From: Armatimonadota bacterium
GTDB taxonomy: Bacteria; Armatimonadota; SYMT01
Reading direction: 5' to 3'
DNA: 64,000 bases
Assembly (NCBI GenBank): GCA_041690135.1
Contig: JAWLHY010000001.1
Coordinates: 32,001 to 96,000 of the forward strand
The stretch's first letter is position 1; every line of letters begins with the position of its first letter. Made by a program: the position numbers and the translations under genes. Below the pieces are notes generated by a model. That model was not told where the DNA came from, searched no databases, and saw only the letters and a list, made by a program, of their open reading frames with translations. Shown piece by piece: positions 28,939 to 39,400 of the stretch.

Positions 28939-31182
28939 ATGTCTTCCAGCCCCAACGAGGTTCTCGAGATCCGCTCCCCCGTCTCACTCGACGAGACGAT
29001 GAACATCCTGCGCCGCCGTAAGGGGGTGTTCCTCCAGGCGTTCATCGCGGTGGTGGCGGTCGGCATCCTGGTGACGGCTTCCACCAAGCCGGTCTATCGC
29101 ACCTGGGCGCGGCTCCTGGTGCCGGCGGGAAGCCGTTCCGTGAGCCTGGTCGACTCCGCCAACCCGATCGCCGCGATGGTGGCGGCGGCCCAGCCGGATA
29201 GCCTCGCCACGCAGCTACAGATCCTGCAAAGCCGCCCCTTTCTCGCCGATGCCCGAAAGGCGGCCGGTCTCGCGGACCGGCCCGACGTCGTCCCGGCGAC
29301 GGTCCGTATCGAAGCGCTCGAGGAATCGAGCGTCATCCAGATCACCGTGGAGGGGGGAGACCGCCAGGGCATCGCGGACCTGGCCAACGCCGTGGTGGAC
29401 CTCCATCTGGAGCGGACGGACCTCCTCGCCACCACGGGTCTCCAGGATACGCTCACGTTTGTCCGCAAGGAGAAGGAGAAGGCGCGGAAGGGATTGGTGG
29501 CGGCCGAGCAGCGCCTGGTCCAGTTCCGTAAGGAGCACCGGATCGTCCAACTGGCGGCAGAGCAGGAGGCCCAGGCCAAGGAGTATGTCGAGCTGGAAGC
29601 GCGGGTCCGGGAGTTGGAGAGCAACATCCTCACCACCCGTGCCCAGGTGCAGGAGCTGCGTACCCGGCTCTCGCGCATGCCCATCGACCTGGTCCAGGAA
29701 TCGACGAAGGAGAACCCCCGCGCAGCGCGCCTGCAGGAGCGACTGGATGAGCTGAGCGCGCAGCGGGAGGAGCTGCTGACCGACTTCAAGCCCACCAGCA
29801 GCCGCGTGCAGGCGCTCGACAGACAGATAGCGGCCCTCCGGCTACAGCGGGAAGGCGAGCCGGAGCAACTCACGGTACGGACGCATTCCCCCAATCCCGA
29901 GCGACCGCCGCTGCAGGCGGAGCTCGCCCGCCTGGAAGCTCAGCTCCGCGGCCACGAAGTCGCCTTCAACGCCGCACGCGCCCGGCTGCAGACGCGAAAG
30001 GCGCTGGTGGATAACCTGGGCCCCTGGGAGGTGGAGCAGACGCGTTTGGTCCGGGAGCGCGACCAGGCCCAAACGGCGGACACACAATTGGCGGAGCGAC
30101 TCCGGAACCTGGAGATCCAGGTCAACGCCCGCGTGCGCACCGCCCGCATCCTCGAGCGAGCCTTCGTTCCGGGAACCCCGGTGCTGCCCCGGAAGGCCGA
30201 CAACCTGGTTATCGCGGTGGCCGCCGCGCTCTGCTTCGGCATCGGTATGGCCTTCCTGGCGGAATACCTGGACGACCGGGTGAACACCCCCACCGATTTC
30301 GATCGCTTCTCTCACCTGCCGCCGCTCGCCACCGTTCCCCAGATCGGCAGCGGCGAGACCGCACTGCTCTCCGCGATGCCGGTCTACTCCCACGTGGCCG
30401 AAGCGTATCGCGCCCTTCGCTCGAGCATCATGTTCGCCGCGCTGGATCACCCGGTGCGGCGGCTCCTGGTGACGAGCGCCAACAAGAGCGAGGGGAAGAC
30501 GCTGACCTCGGTCAACCTCGCTACGGCCATGGCGCTCGACGGCAAGCGCGTAATCCTGGTCGATGCCGACCTCCGGCGACCCCACGTGCACGCCACCCTC
30601 GGACTGCCGGGAGCACCCGGCCTCTCGGAGGTTCTGGTCGGTGTTAAGACGGTAGATGAAGTGCTGCACCCCACCGGGACGGAGAACCTCCAGGCGATCT
30701 GCGGCGGCGCCATTCCGCCGAACCCGGCGGAGCTTCTCGGCTCGCCGGCTTTCGACCGGCTCATGACGGATCTGGAGGCACGCGCGGACGTCGTGGTCTT
30801 CGACAGCCCGCCCTGCGTGCCGGTGACCGACCCCCTGCTGCTCGCGGCCCGCATGGATGGCGTGGTGCTGGTCGTTCAGGTGGGCCAGACCCGCCGGGCC
30901 GCCATCCGTCATGTGGAAGAGCAACTGCGCCGCGCCCGCGCCCGCGTACTGGGGGTCGTCTTCAACCGCTTCGAGCAGCGAAAACACGGCTACTACCAGC
31001 ACTACGGCTACGGCTACTACGGAGATACCGCGCCTGCGAACGGCCAGAGAGTGAAGGTCCCCGGTCTGAACGCCCGGGGGGCTAACGGACATGCGAGCAA
31101 CGGGCACAGCCCGAACGGGAAGGAGCACTCCGAGGACCAACCGGTCCGGGGGCTTCCCGAGAGCACGGGGCGGGAGAACTGA
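28939..31182 (+). CDS. Polysaccharide co-polymerase / tyrosine autokinase (Wzc/GumC family)
   Basis: Two TMs flanking a coiled coil, AEAYRALRS, Walker A SANKSEGKT, VDADLRRP, FDSPP and C-terminal Tyr cluster GYYQHYGYGYYG. Confidence 0.93.
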   Translation: MSSSPNEVLEIRSPVSLDETMNILRRRKGVFLQAFIAVVAVGILVTASTKPVYRTWARLLVPAGSRSVSLVDSANPIAAMVAAAQPDSLATQLQILQSRPFLADARKAAGLADRPDVVPATVRIEALEESSVIQITVEGGDRQGIADLANAVVDLHLERTDLLATTGLQDTLTFVRKEKEKARKGLVAAEQRLVQFRKEHRIVQLAAEQEAQAKEYVELEARVRELESNILTTRAQVQELRTRLSRMPIDLVQESTKENPRAARLQERLDELSAQREELLTDFKPTSSRVQALDRQIAALRLQREGEPEQLTVRTHSPNPERPPLQAELARLEAQLRGHEVAFNAARARLQTRKALVDNLGPWEVEQTRLVRERDQAQTADTQLAERLRNLEIQVNARVRTARILERAFVPGTPVLPRKADNLVIAVAAALCFGIGMAFLAEYLDDRVNTPTDFDRFSHLPPLATVPQIGSGETALLSAMPVYSHVAEAYRALRSSIMFAALDHPVRRLLVTSANKSEGKTLTSVNLATAMALDGKRVILVDADLRRPHVHATLGLPGAPGLSEVLVGVKTVDEVLHPTGTENLQAICGGAIPPNPAELLGSPAFDRLMTDLEARADVVVFDSPPCVPVTDPLLLAARMDGVVLVVQVGQTRRAAIRHVEEQLRRARARVLGVVFNRFEQRKHGYYQHYGYGYYGDTAPANGQRVKVPGLNARGANGHASNGHSPNGKEHSEDQPVRGLPESTGREN

Positions 31183-31183
31183 G

Positions 31184-32443
31184 ATGAAGCGTGTGGGACA
31201 GCCCCTGCGACTCGGCGGCATTTCCTGGGTCCTGGCCGCCCTGGCCCTGCTGGCGACGATTGTTCCGGCCGCGGCGGCGGAAGGGGCACCCGCACAGGAG
31301 GCGCCCCCACCACCCGGCCGGACCACCGAGACCGCCGCCTACCGCTTACAGCCCGGTGATGAGGTGTCGATCGCGGTTCTCCCCCGGAAGGAGTTCGACT
31401 GCGCAGGCCTCATCCTGCCGGATGGGATGCTCTACCTGCCGAACATCGGCGGCTTGAAGGCGGCGGGAATGACGATTCCGGAGCTCGCCGGGGCCGTGCG
31501 GAAGGTGCTGGAGGAGGAACTGGTGGAGCCCCGCGTCACTGTGGCGCTGGCTCGCATGGCCCCGCCACCCGCCGAGAAGCCCGCTAGACCCGGCACCATC
31601 ACCCTGATCGGCGCCGTGCCGCGGACCGGACCGCTCCCCCTCGAAATGGGTCTCCGCGTCCGGCGGGCTCTCGACCTGGCGGGCGGCACGGACCCCGATG
31701 CCGACCTCACCCAGATCGTCATTCTGCACGCCGACCTCACCCGCACCCTGGTGGACCTCTCGACCGACGAGCGGGTCTCCAACCCGGCTCACAACCGCCT
31801 GTTGCAGGACGGCGACTCGATAGAGATCCGCCGGAAGCCGGTGGTGCGGAAAGAGGCCTCGCGCGTGCGGATCAGCGGAGAGGTGCAGACCCCCGGCCCG
31901 TACGATTTGCGGGACGGGATGACGCTGGAAGACCTCATCATCGCCGCGGGCAAGCTGCGACCCCTGGCGGACGTGGAGCGCGTCGAGTTGCATCGCCCCG
32001 GAAAACCGGTGACCTTTTTCAATCTGGAGGCGCTCCGCAAGCAGGGCCCTGCGGGCAAGGTCCTCCTCCAGTCCGGGGACGAGGTCTACGTCCACGAGCA
32101 GGCGAGCCGCATCGCCCTGATCGGCGCCGTGCAGAACCCGGGGCCCCGCGCCCTGAAACCGGGCCTCAAGCTCCGAGAGCTGATGGTCGGGGGCGCGGCG
32201 GACATTGTCTCCGCGGCCAACCCGGCGGTGGTCGACCTGGGCGCCGTCCAACTCCTGCGCGGTGGGAAACCCGCCCTGAAACTGAACCTGCGTGAGGTGC
32301 TGCGCAAGCCCGAGCACCGCGACAACATCGCGCTCGAGAGCGGCGACGTGCTGTTCTTCCCGCCGCGGAAGGGGCTGCGTCGCAACCCGCTGGATTACGT
32401 AGGCCAGCTCGGCTCGCTCGGTTTTCTCTTCGGGCTATTCTGA
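31184..32443 (+). CDS. Polysaccharide export protein (Wza/Poly_export plus SLBB repeats)
   Basis: Signal peptide, YRLQPGDEV...ILPDGMLYLPNIGGLKAAGMTIPEL and three SLBB-like repeats; starts 1 bp after the wzc stop. Confidence 0.88.
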   Translation: MKRVGQPLRLGGISWVLAALALLATIVPAAAAEGAPAQEAPPPPGRTTETAAYRLQPGDEVSIAVLPRKEFDCAGLILPDGMLYLPNIGGLKAAGMTIPELAGAVRKVLEEELVEPRVTVALARMAPPPAEKPARPGTITLIGAVPRTGPLPLEMGLRVRRALDLAGGTDPDADLTQIVILHADLTRTLVDLSTDERVSNPAHNRLLQDGDSIEIRRKPVVRKEASRVRISGEVQTPGPYDLRDGMTLEDLIIAAGKLRPLADVERVELHRPGKPVTFFNLEALRKQGPAGKVLLQSGDEVYVHEQASRIALIGAVQNPGPRALKPGLKLRELMVGGAADIVSAANPAVVDLGAVQLLRGGKPALKLNLREVLRKPEHRDNIALESGDVLFFPPRKGLRRNPLDYVGQLGSLGFLFGLF

Positions 32444-32456
32444 AAGATTGGGCCGC

Positions 32457-35400
32457 ATGAGTTCTCCCTCTCCGACGGGCCGGCGACACCCCGGCTGGGT
32501 GCTGCTGATCGCCGGTTTACTGGCCCTGTTCCTGGCCGGAGCGCCCGATGCCGCCGCGCCGGCCGCCGTGCGACTCCACCTGCGCTCCGTCGGCAGCTTC
32601 GATCCCCGGACCCAGACCTCACGGGTGCCGTCGGACCTCTCCGTGATGGGCGCCCAGCCCACGCGGGCGCCGGCTCGGCTCGGAGCGTCGCAACTCTGGA
32701 TCGTGCAGTTCGCGGGTCCCGTCCGGCCCAGTTGGCAGGAGCTGCTGCTCGACGCGGGGGCGGAGATCCTGCGATACCTGCCGGACTACGCTTACGTGGT
32801 GCGGGTCGCCGACCGTCGTCTTCCCCGCGTCCGCTCCCTCCCGCACGTCCGCACGGTCACGCCGTTCCGCCCCGCCTACGCCCTGAGCCCCCGGCTGGCG
32901 CGCCCCCGCCGCGGGCGCCTGGATGTCCGGATCGAGACCTTCCTGCCGGAGGACGTGCCCAACATCCTGACCTGGGTCCGCAAGCTTGGCGGGCGGGTGA
33001 AATCGGTGACCGCCACCGAGGTCGGCTCCATCTCGGCGGATATCTCCTGGGCCGGAGCCCGCGCCCTGACCCGCGTCTACGGCGTGGCATGGGTGGAGGA
33101 GGAGCTGCCCCTCCGCCCCTTCAACGACGTCGGCTCCGGCATCTGCTACGTGCCCGCCACCCGCACGGCCCTGGGCCTCTACGGCACCGGGCAGATCGTC
33201 GCGGTGTCCGACACCGGCCTGGACAATGGGGATGCCGCCAGCGTGGGGATCGGCGCCGCCGGTACGCTGCACCCGGATTTCCAGGGGCGCCTCCTGTCCG
33301 CCACCAGTGTGAACGACCGGGGCACCTGGGACGATCCCGATGGGGCGGGCCACGGAACGCATGTCGCGGGTTCTGTCCTCGGAAACGGCCTCAACTCCGG
33401 CTCCACGCCCGCCCTGCACGCCTACGCCGGCAGCTACGCGGGGGCCGCCCCCGAGGCGCTGCTGGTCTTCCAGTCCAACCTCCGCAACGACGGCAACCTC
33501 TTCAGCGATCAGTACCGGTCGAACCTGTACCGGCTGTTCCAGGAGGCCTACGACCAGGGCGCGCGCATCCACAGCGACAGTTGGGGCGCCAACGTCCAGG
33601 GGATGTACACTTCGGACTCGTATCTCGTGGACCGCTTCATGTGGGAGCGGCAGGACATGCTGTGCGTGTTCGCCGCGGGCAACGACGGTCGCGACACCGG
33701 AACCCCGGACGGCATCGTGGACCTCGACTCGATGGGGGCGCCCGCGACCGCCAAGAACTGCCTGACGGTGGGAGCGACGGAAACCGAGCGGAACATCTAC
33801 AGCACCACCTGGTCGCTCTTCGGCAACCCCTCGCGGTTCACCACCGCGCCGATCAGCACGGACCGCGTGGACACCAGTCGCTTCGGCATGGCCGCCTTCA
33901 GCTCCCGCGGCCCCTGCGACGACCCGGCCGGCGCCTTCGGCGAGCGGCGGATCAAGCCGGACCTCGTGGCGCCAGGCACGGGCATTGCGTCTACCCGGTC
34001 GCAACTGCTGGCGGGTCCATTATCGGAGAACCACTGGGGCCGACTATCCGGTGCAGGCCTGACGACCTCGGGTAGCCTGGAGGATAACTCCTACCACTTC
34101 AATGGCGGGACCAGCATGGCCACGCCGCTGGTCGCGGGAATGGCGGCCCTGACACGTCAGTATTACCAGGAGCGGGAGAACCACCCCAACCCGAGCGCGG
34201 CGCTGCTCAAGGCCACGCTCCTCGCCAGCGCCTTCGATCTCCACTCCCTTCCGGCACGCGGACAATACACCTCTGCCAAGCCCGAGCAGCCCTCCGCCCG
34301 GCCCAACGCCGTCCAGGGGTGGGGGAGAGCCGATCTCCGGAAGGCCCTGAACCCGGCGGCCCACGTCCAGGACTTCAGCGGCGTGGCGTATCCGAACACG
34401 CGCCTGCTGTTCAACGATGTCCGTCCGGGTCTGCGCACGGGAGAACTGGACCTGATCTCCTTCCGGGCGACCACCGGCACCCCCCTGAATATCGTGTTGG
34501 CGTACACGGATGCCCCCGCCACCACTTCCGCCTCCGTAACCCTCGTCAACAACCTGGACCTCCGCATCACGGGTCCGGGAGGCACCACCTGGAACGGCAA
34601 CGGGGTAGACGGAGACAGTCGCAATAACGTGGAGTCGATCGACCTGCCGTCGTCTCTCACCACCGGAACCTACACGATTGCAGTGCGCGGGACCAACGTG
34701 CCGGCCGGACCGCAGCCCTACGCCGTGGTGGTCTACGGCGCCCTGCCTTCCTTCAGCCAGACGCTGCGCACCTCTCCGGCCTCGACTTTCTGCCAGTACA
34801 AACGCTCGGTACAACTGACCGCCCTGTTCAATGGTCAGCCGACCACCGGGGTCGAGTGGAAGGTCCTGAGCGGCGGCGGCGCCGTAACCACGAGCGGCCT
34901 TTACACGGCGCCGCCTTCCGGCACGAGCGCGGTGGTCGAGGCGAAGTTCGGCGCATTGACCGCGTCTACCACCATCACCTTTGAGCCGACTTCGCCGATC
35001 CAACTACCGCCCATTGCGCGGATCGAGATCTTCCACGCTGTCCCCTCGGAGTTGGTCAACATGCGCGTGGGCACGGGCGCCAATCCGGATGATCCGGTTT
35101 GGGAGCACCCCCAGTACAGGACCGGGTTCGGCGACACACCGGGACTGTTGGTGGAAGAGTTCGACCTCGTCGGCGCGCCCTCGGGATCGCTGCCTCCGAA
35201 CACGTCCAACCCGTGGTGGGTGCGGATCGAAGACTTCGGCGTGCCTGGGGAGAACAGCGGGGAGCTGCGGGTCTTCTGGGTCCGCTACCAGGGCGTCCAG
35301 TATTCCGCCTCCACGTTGCCGGCCCCTGTGCCGCCGACTCTGGAAGAGTACACCACCACCATCTTCATCAACCCATCGAACAGCACGGCCGGGCCGACGA

Positions 35401-36374
35401 TCCTGGCCCGGGTGCTCCTCACGCACACCCAGCCGTCGCAGATCAACTCGATCACGGTGGGATGCGGGCCCAACCCCGCCAGTCCCCTGTGGGAGTCGCC
35501 GGCGCAGACCGGGTTGGGCGCGGGGGAGAAGCTCTTCCGGCTGGACGACGCCCCGGCGGAGGCGTTCCCTCCCTCCGCAAACTATCCGTGGTTCGTCAAG
35601 ATCAACGATAACATCGCCAACACCGCCACGGGCCAGGTGAGCGGGTTTACGATCACCTACAACCAGCAGGAGTACATCGCGGGCGACCTGCCCCGGATCA
35701 TTCCGTCCGTGGGCACCGTGATCGCCTGGATCGATCCGCGCCCGCCGACAGTGGCGCTTACGGCGCCGGCACCTGGGGCCTCGCTGACCAACATCTTCAC
35801 CCTCACGGCCGACGCCACGGACAACGATACCGTGAAGCGCGTGGAGTTCTACGTGGATGACCGCCTGCTGGCGACCGACGCAACCCCGCCGTTCGGTTAC
35901 GCCTGGGATACCATGCCGGAGACGAACGGACCGCACCGGATCAGCGTGCGCGCCTTCGATCCGAGCGGGAACACCTCCGAAAGCTACGTCATCGCTTCCA
36001 TCGCCAATGCGGCCCTACGACCCAGCGTGGAGATGACGGTCGGCGAGTGGAGCTTCAATACCTCTACCCGGGAGCTAACGGCCACCGCCACGTTCCGAAA
36101 TGCCGGGCCCGCACACAGCGACGCCTGGCACCTGACGCTGGAGCGGCTGACCCTTTTCGGCACCGGTCCGGGGTTCGCGGGCGAACGCACCCTTTACATG
36201 CAGCCGGTTTCCGGGACGCCAGTGCCGCGCAACCTGGGAACGCTTCCATCCGGTGGGACGACTTCCCTGCAGCTGAAGGTCACCGTCCCCCCCGATGTGT
36301 CCGCCATACCCCGCTGGACGAGCCGGGGCTATTACTTTAATCACGAGACAGGTGGTAATCGCTACTACCTGTAG
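32457..36374 (+). CDS. Secreted S8 subtilisin-like protease (Kp43-type) with P-domain-like repeats and a bacterial Ig domain
   Basis: SDTGLD (Asp), GHGTHVAG (His), FAAGN (oxyanion) and GGTSMATP (Ser); RIKPDLVAPG; Ig domain PPTVALTAP...VEFYVDD...RAFDPSGN. Confidence 0.92.
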   Translation: MSSPSPTGRRHPGWVLLIAGLLALFLAGAPDAAAPAAVRLHLRSVGSFDPRTQTSRVPSDLSVMGAQPTRAPARLGASQLWIVQFAGPVRPSWQELLLDAGAEILRYLPDYAYVVRVADRRLPRVRSLPHVRTVTPFRPAYALSPRLARPRRGRLDVRIETFLPEDVPNILTWVRKLGGRVKSVTATEVGSISADISWAGARALTRVYGVAWVEEELPLRPFNDVGSGICYVPATRTALGLYGTGQIVAVSDTGLDNGDAASVGIGAAGTLHPDFQGRLLSATSVNDRGTWDDPDGAGHGTHVAGSVLGNGLNSGSTPALHAYAGSYAGAAPEALLVFQSNLRNDGNLFSDQYRSNLYRLFQEAYDQGARIHSDSWGANVQGMYTSDSYLVDRFMWERQDMLCVFAAGNDGRDTGTPDGIVDLDSMGAPATAKNCLTVGATETERNIYSTTWSLFGNPSRFTTAPISTDRVDTSRFGMAAFSSRGPCDDPAGAFGERRIKPDLVAPGTGIASTRSQLLAGPLSENHWGRLSGAGLTTSGSLEDNSYHFNGGTSMATPLVAGMAALTRQYYQERENHPNPSAALLKATLLASAFDLHSLPARGQYTSAKPEQPSARPNAVQGWGRADLRKALNPAAHVQDFSGVAYPNTRLLFNDVRPGLRTGELDLISFRATTGTPLNIVLAYTDAPATTSASVTLVNNLDLRITGPGGTTWNGNGVDGDSRNNVESIDLPSSLTTGTYTIAVRGTNVPAGPQPYAVVVYGALPSFSQTLRTSPASTFCQYKRSVQLTALFNGQPTTGVEWKVLSGGGAVTTSGLYTAPPSGTSAVVEAKFGALTASTTITFEPTSPIQLPPIARIEIFHAVPSELVNMRVGTGANPDDPVWEHPQYRTGFGDTPGLLVEEFDLVGAPSGSLPPNTSNPWWVRIEDFGVPGENSGELRVFWVRYQGVQYSASTLPAPVPPTLEEYTTTIFINPSNSTAGPTILARVLLTHTQPSQINSITVGCGPNPASPLWESPAQTGLGAGEKLFRLDDAPAEAFPPSANYPWFVKINDNIANTATGQVSGFTITYNQQEYIAGDLPRIIPSVGTVIAWIDPRPPTVALTAPAPGASLTNIFTLTADATDNDTVKRVEFYVDDRLLATDATPPFGYAWDTMPETNGPHRISVRAFDPSGNTSESYVIASIANAALRPSVEMTVGEWSFNTSTRELTATATFRNAGPAHSDAWHLTLERLTLFGTGPGFAGERTLYMQPVSGTPVPRNLGTLPSGGTTSLQLKVTVPPDVSAIPRWTSRGYYFNHETGGNRYYL

Positions 36375-36495
36375 GGCCAAGAGAACGTTATACTCCTCTC
36401 CGTGGAGTCACACGGAAGCCCCTCGACAGGGCGGGCTATCGGCGCCTGCGACATCTCCCCTCTCCATGCGCAACAATCGGAAATCAAGCAACGCC

Positions 36496-39400
36496 ATGCG
36501 AGCGAACTGGTCTCGAGGATTCACCACGCTGATACTTCTGGTAACGCTGGGGCTCGCCTGGTGCGGCGCGCCCGAGGCCGCGCCGGAGCGGATGCCGTTG
36601 TTCCTGCGGGCGACGGGCGCCTTCGATCCGGCCGGGACGCAGCCGCGGGTTCCGGCCGATCTGAGCCAGGCCGCCGTCCAGAGCTTCAGCGCACGCGCGA
36701 CTAACCGCGTAGCGCCACCCAAAGGGGTGGGCCACTGGATCGTACAGTTCCGCGGGCCGGTTCTCGAGCACTGGAAAGAGGCGGTCGGTGAGTCCGGGGG
36801 ACGCCTGCTCCAGTATCTGCCCCAGAATGCGTTCATCGTTCGCATTGCCAACCGCGAAGTTCCCAAGGTCCGGCGCCTGCCGTACGTCCGCGCGGTCACC
36901 CCGTTCCATCCGGCCTACGCCCTTAGCCCGGCACTGCCGCGCCCGAGCCGAAGCCGGCTTAAAGTGAACATCCGGACCTTCTCACCCGAGGACCTGTCGG
37001 TGGTCCAACTGGCAGCCCGGCGCATGGGAGGTCGCATCACCTCCGTCTCGGCTGCCGGCGACGGTATGCTGACGGCCGATATCACCTCGGCCGCCATCCG
37101 CGCCCTGGCGCGCACCTTCGGCATCGCCTGGATCGAGCCGCTTCCCGCGTACCGGGTTCATTCCAGCCGGGCCAACGGGACCACGCGGGTCGACACCGCC
37201 CGGCAGCAAGTCAGCCTTTACGGCACCAACCAGATCGTGGCGGTAGCCGATACCGGTCTCGACCAGGGCCCCGCGGACGCCGTGGGCCTGGGAGCATACT
37301 CCCAGCACCTCCACCCGGACTTCACCAGCCGCATCCTGCAGGTCCAGGATCTGAACCTGCGGGGCGGATCGGACGAAGTGGTCTGGAGCGACCCCAACGG
37401 GCACGGCACGCACGTAGCGGGCGTGCTCCTGGGGAGCGGACGGGTCAGTGGCGCCGAGCCGGCGATCCAGTTGTATAACTCCAAGCTTTCCGGAGTCGTG
37501 CCGGAGGCGAACCTGGTGCTTCAATCGATCCTGGATGAAGACGGAAACATCCTCGGCCATCCGGAAGTCCAGGACCTCTACTTCATGTTCCAGCGGGCCT
37601 ACGATGCGGGCGCCCGGGTCCACAACAACAGTTGGGGCGCCGAGAACCGGCTGCACCAGACGCAGTTGGGAATTGCTCCCCAGTACGCGGGGCAATACTT
37701 CCAGGCCTCGCAGGCCGTGGACCGGTTCACCTGGGACCACCCGGACATGGTCATCGTCTTCTCCGCCGGCAACGGTGCGGAGGATCGAGACGGCAACGGG
37801 ATCATGGATTACGGACACACGCGGAACTCCATCGAAATTCCCGCCACCGCCAAGAATTGCATTGCCGTGGGTGCCACGGAGAACAGTCGACCCGAAGTGG
37901 ACGTGAACTACGGGCAACTGATGCCGTTTGCCTCCCTTTTCACGCCGATCGTGGAGGACCGGGTCGCGAACTTCGTCCACGGAATGGCGGCCTTCAGCGC
38001 CCGCGGCTACTGCGCCGACCCCGTCGGCAATTCGGAAGTGGCCCGCATCAAGCCAGACATCGTCGCCCCTGGCACGTATGTCGCGGGGGCACGTACGAGC
38101 GTGGCGTTTTTCGACGAGAACTTCGAAGGCGCCCAGCCCGGCGGCCTTCCGCAGGGCTGGACCCGCAGCGGAATTGCGGCAGTGACCAACGTGGACGGGC
38201 ATCCTACGCCGGGGCAATCGGCAGGCTTTGGGAACCCGGTCAGCGGATACCCGGTACTGGAACGGAACGGCACCGAGACCTTGGGTCTACCACTCCACCC
38301 GGACCTGGACCAGGCCTCTTGCCTCTATGTCAGTTACTGGACCAAGTACAATCTCCGCTCGGGTGATCAGGTGAAACTGTCTTACGGCTCGACGATCCTG
38401 GAATCCTCGATCGTCGGAACCAGCGACGGGGCCTGGGTCTACCGCACCGACGTGATCCGGCCCCTCCAACCCTCCGTCGACCGTATCACCTTCAACCTGA
38501 TCGGCGGAAGCACGAGCCAGGGCACCTACTACTTCCTGATCGACGACGTCCAGGTTCGGCCGGGGATCGGTAACGTCCTGAGCAATGTCGACCCGGGCTC
38601 CCTCGGGACCGCCCTCAATGAGGCGTATCAGTTTGCCTCCGGCACCAGCGTGGCGGCAGCGCAGGTCTCGGGCGCGGCCGCCCAGGTCCGCCAGTGGTAT
38701 CAGGAAGTGATGAACCACGGCCAGCCCAGCGCCGCCCTGATCAAGGCGACTCTGCTGACCAACGCCGCCGACCTGTTCAACACCGCGGACCAGGGCCAGT
38801 ACCCCTCCCATCCGGAGCAGCCGAGCCCGCGGCCGAACCCGGTCCAGGGATGGGGAAGGTTGGACGTGGCCAACGCCGTGCTCCCGGGAGTAGACGACCC
38901 GGACCGGACGGTGCTCTTTGCCGACGTATCGCCGGGTCTCGGTACCACCGAGTTCGATCAGTACCGGATCACGGTGTCCGGCGGCAACCGATTGAGCGTT
39001 GGGCTGGTATGGACTGATCCCCCCGCATCCCAGGCTTCCGGGGTGACGCTGGTCAACAACCTGGATCTCCTGGTGGAGACCCTGGATGGCGCGAAGTACC
39101 GCGGCAACGGGGTTGGCGGGGCGGGCGACGATCGCAACAACGTGGAAACCGTCGATGTCTCTGAACCGGGAACCAGAACGTATCTGGTTACCGTCACGGG
39201 GACCAACGTTCCCCTCGGCAAACAACCTTACGCGCTGGTGATCGGCGGCCGCGTACGCTACGCGCCCGAGAGCGGACTCCGCATCTCGCCATCCAAGGCG
39301 CAGTGCCAGTTTGGACGCAGTTACCGGTTCTCGGCCTATTTCCAGGGCATCCCCACCACCGGCGTGGAGTGGAAAGTGGCCACGGATAAGGGCGGGTTCA

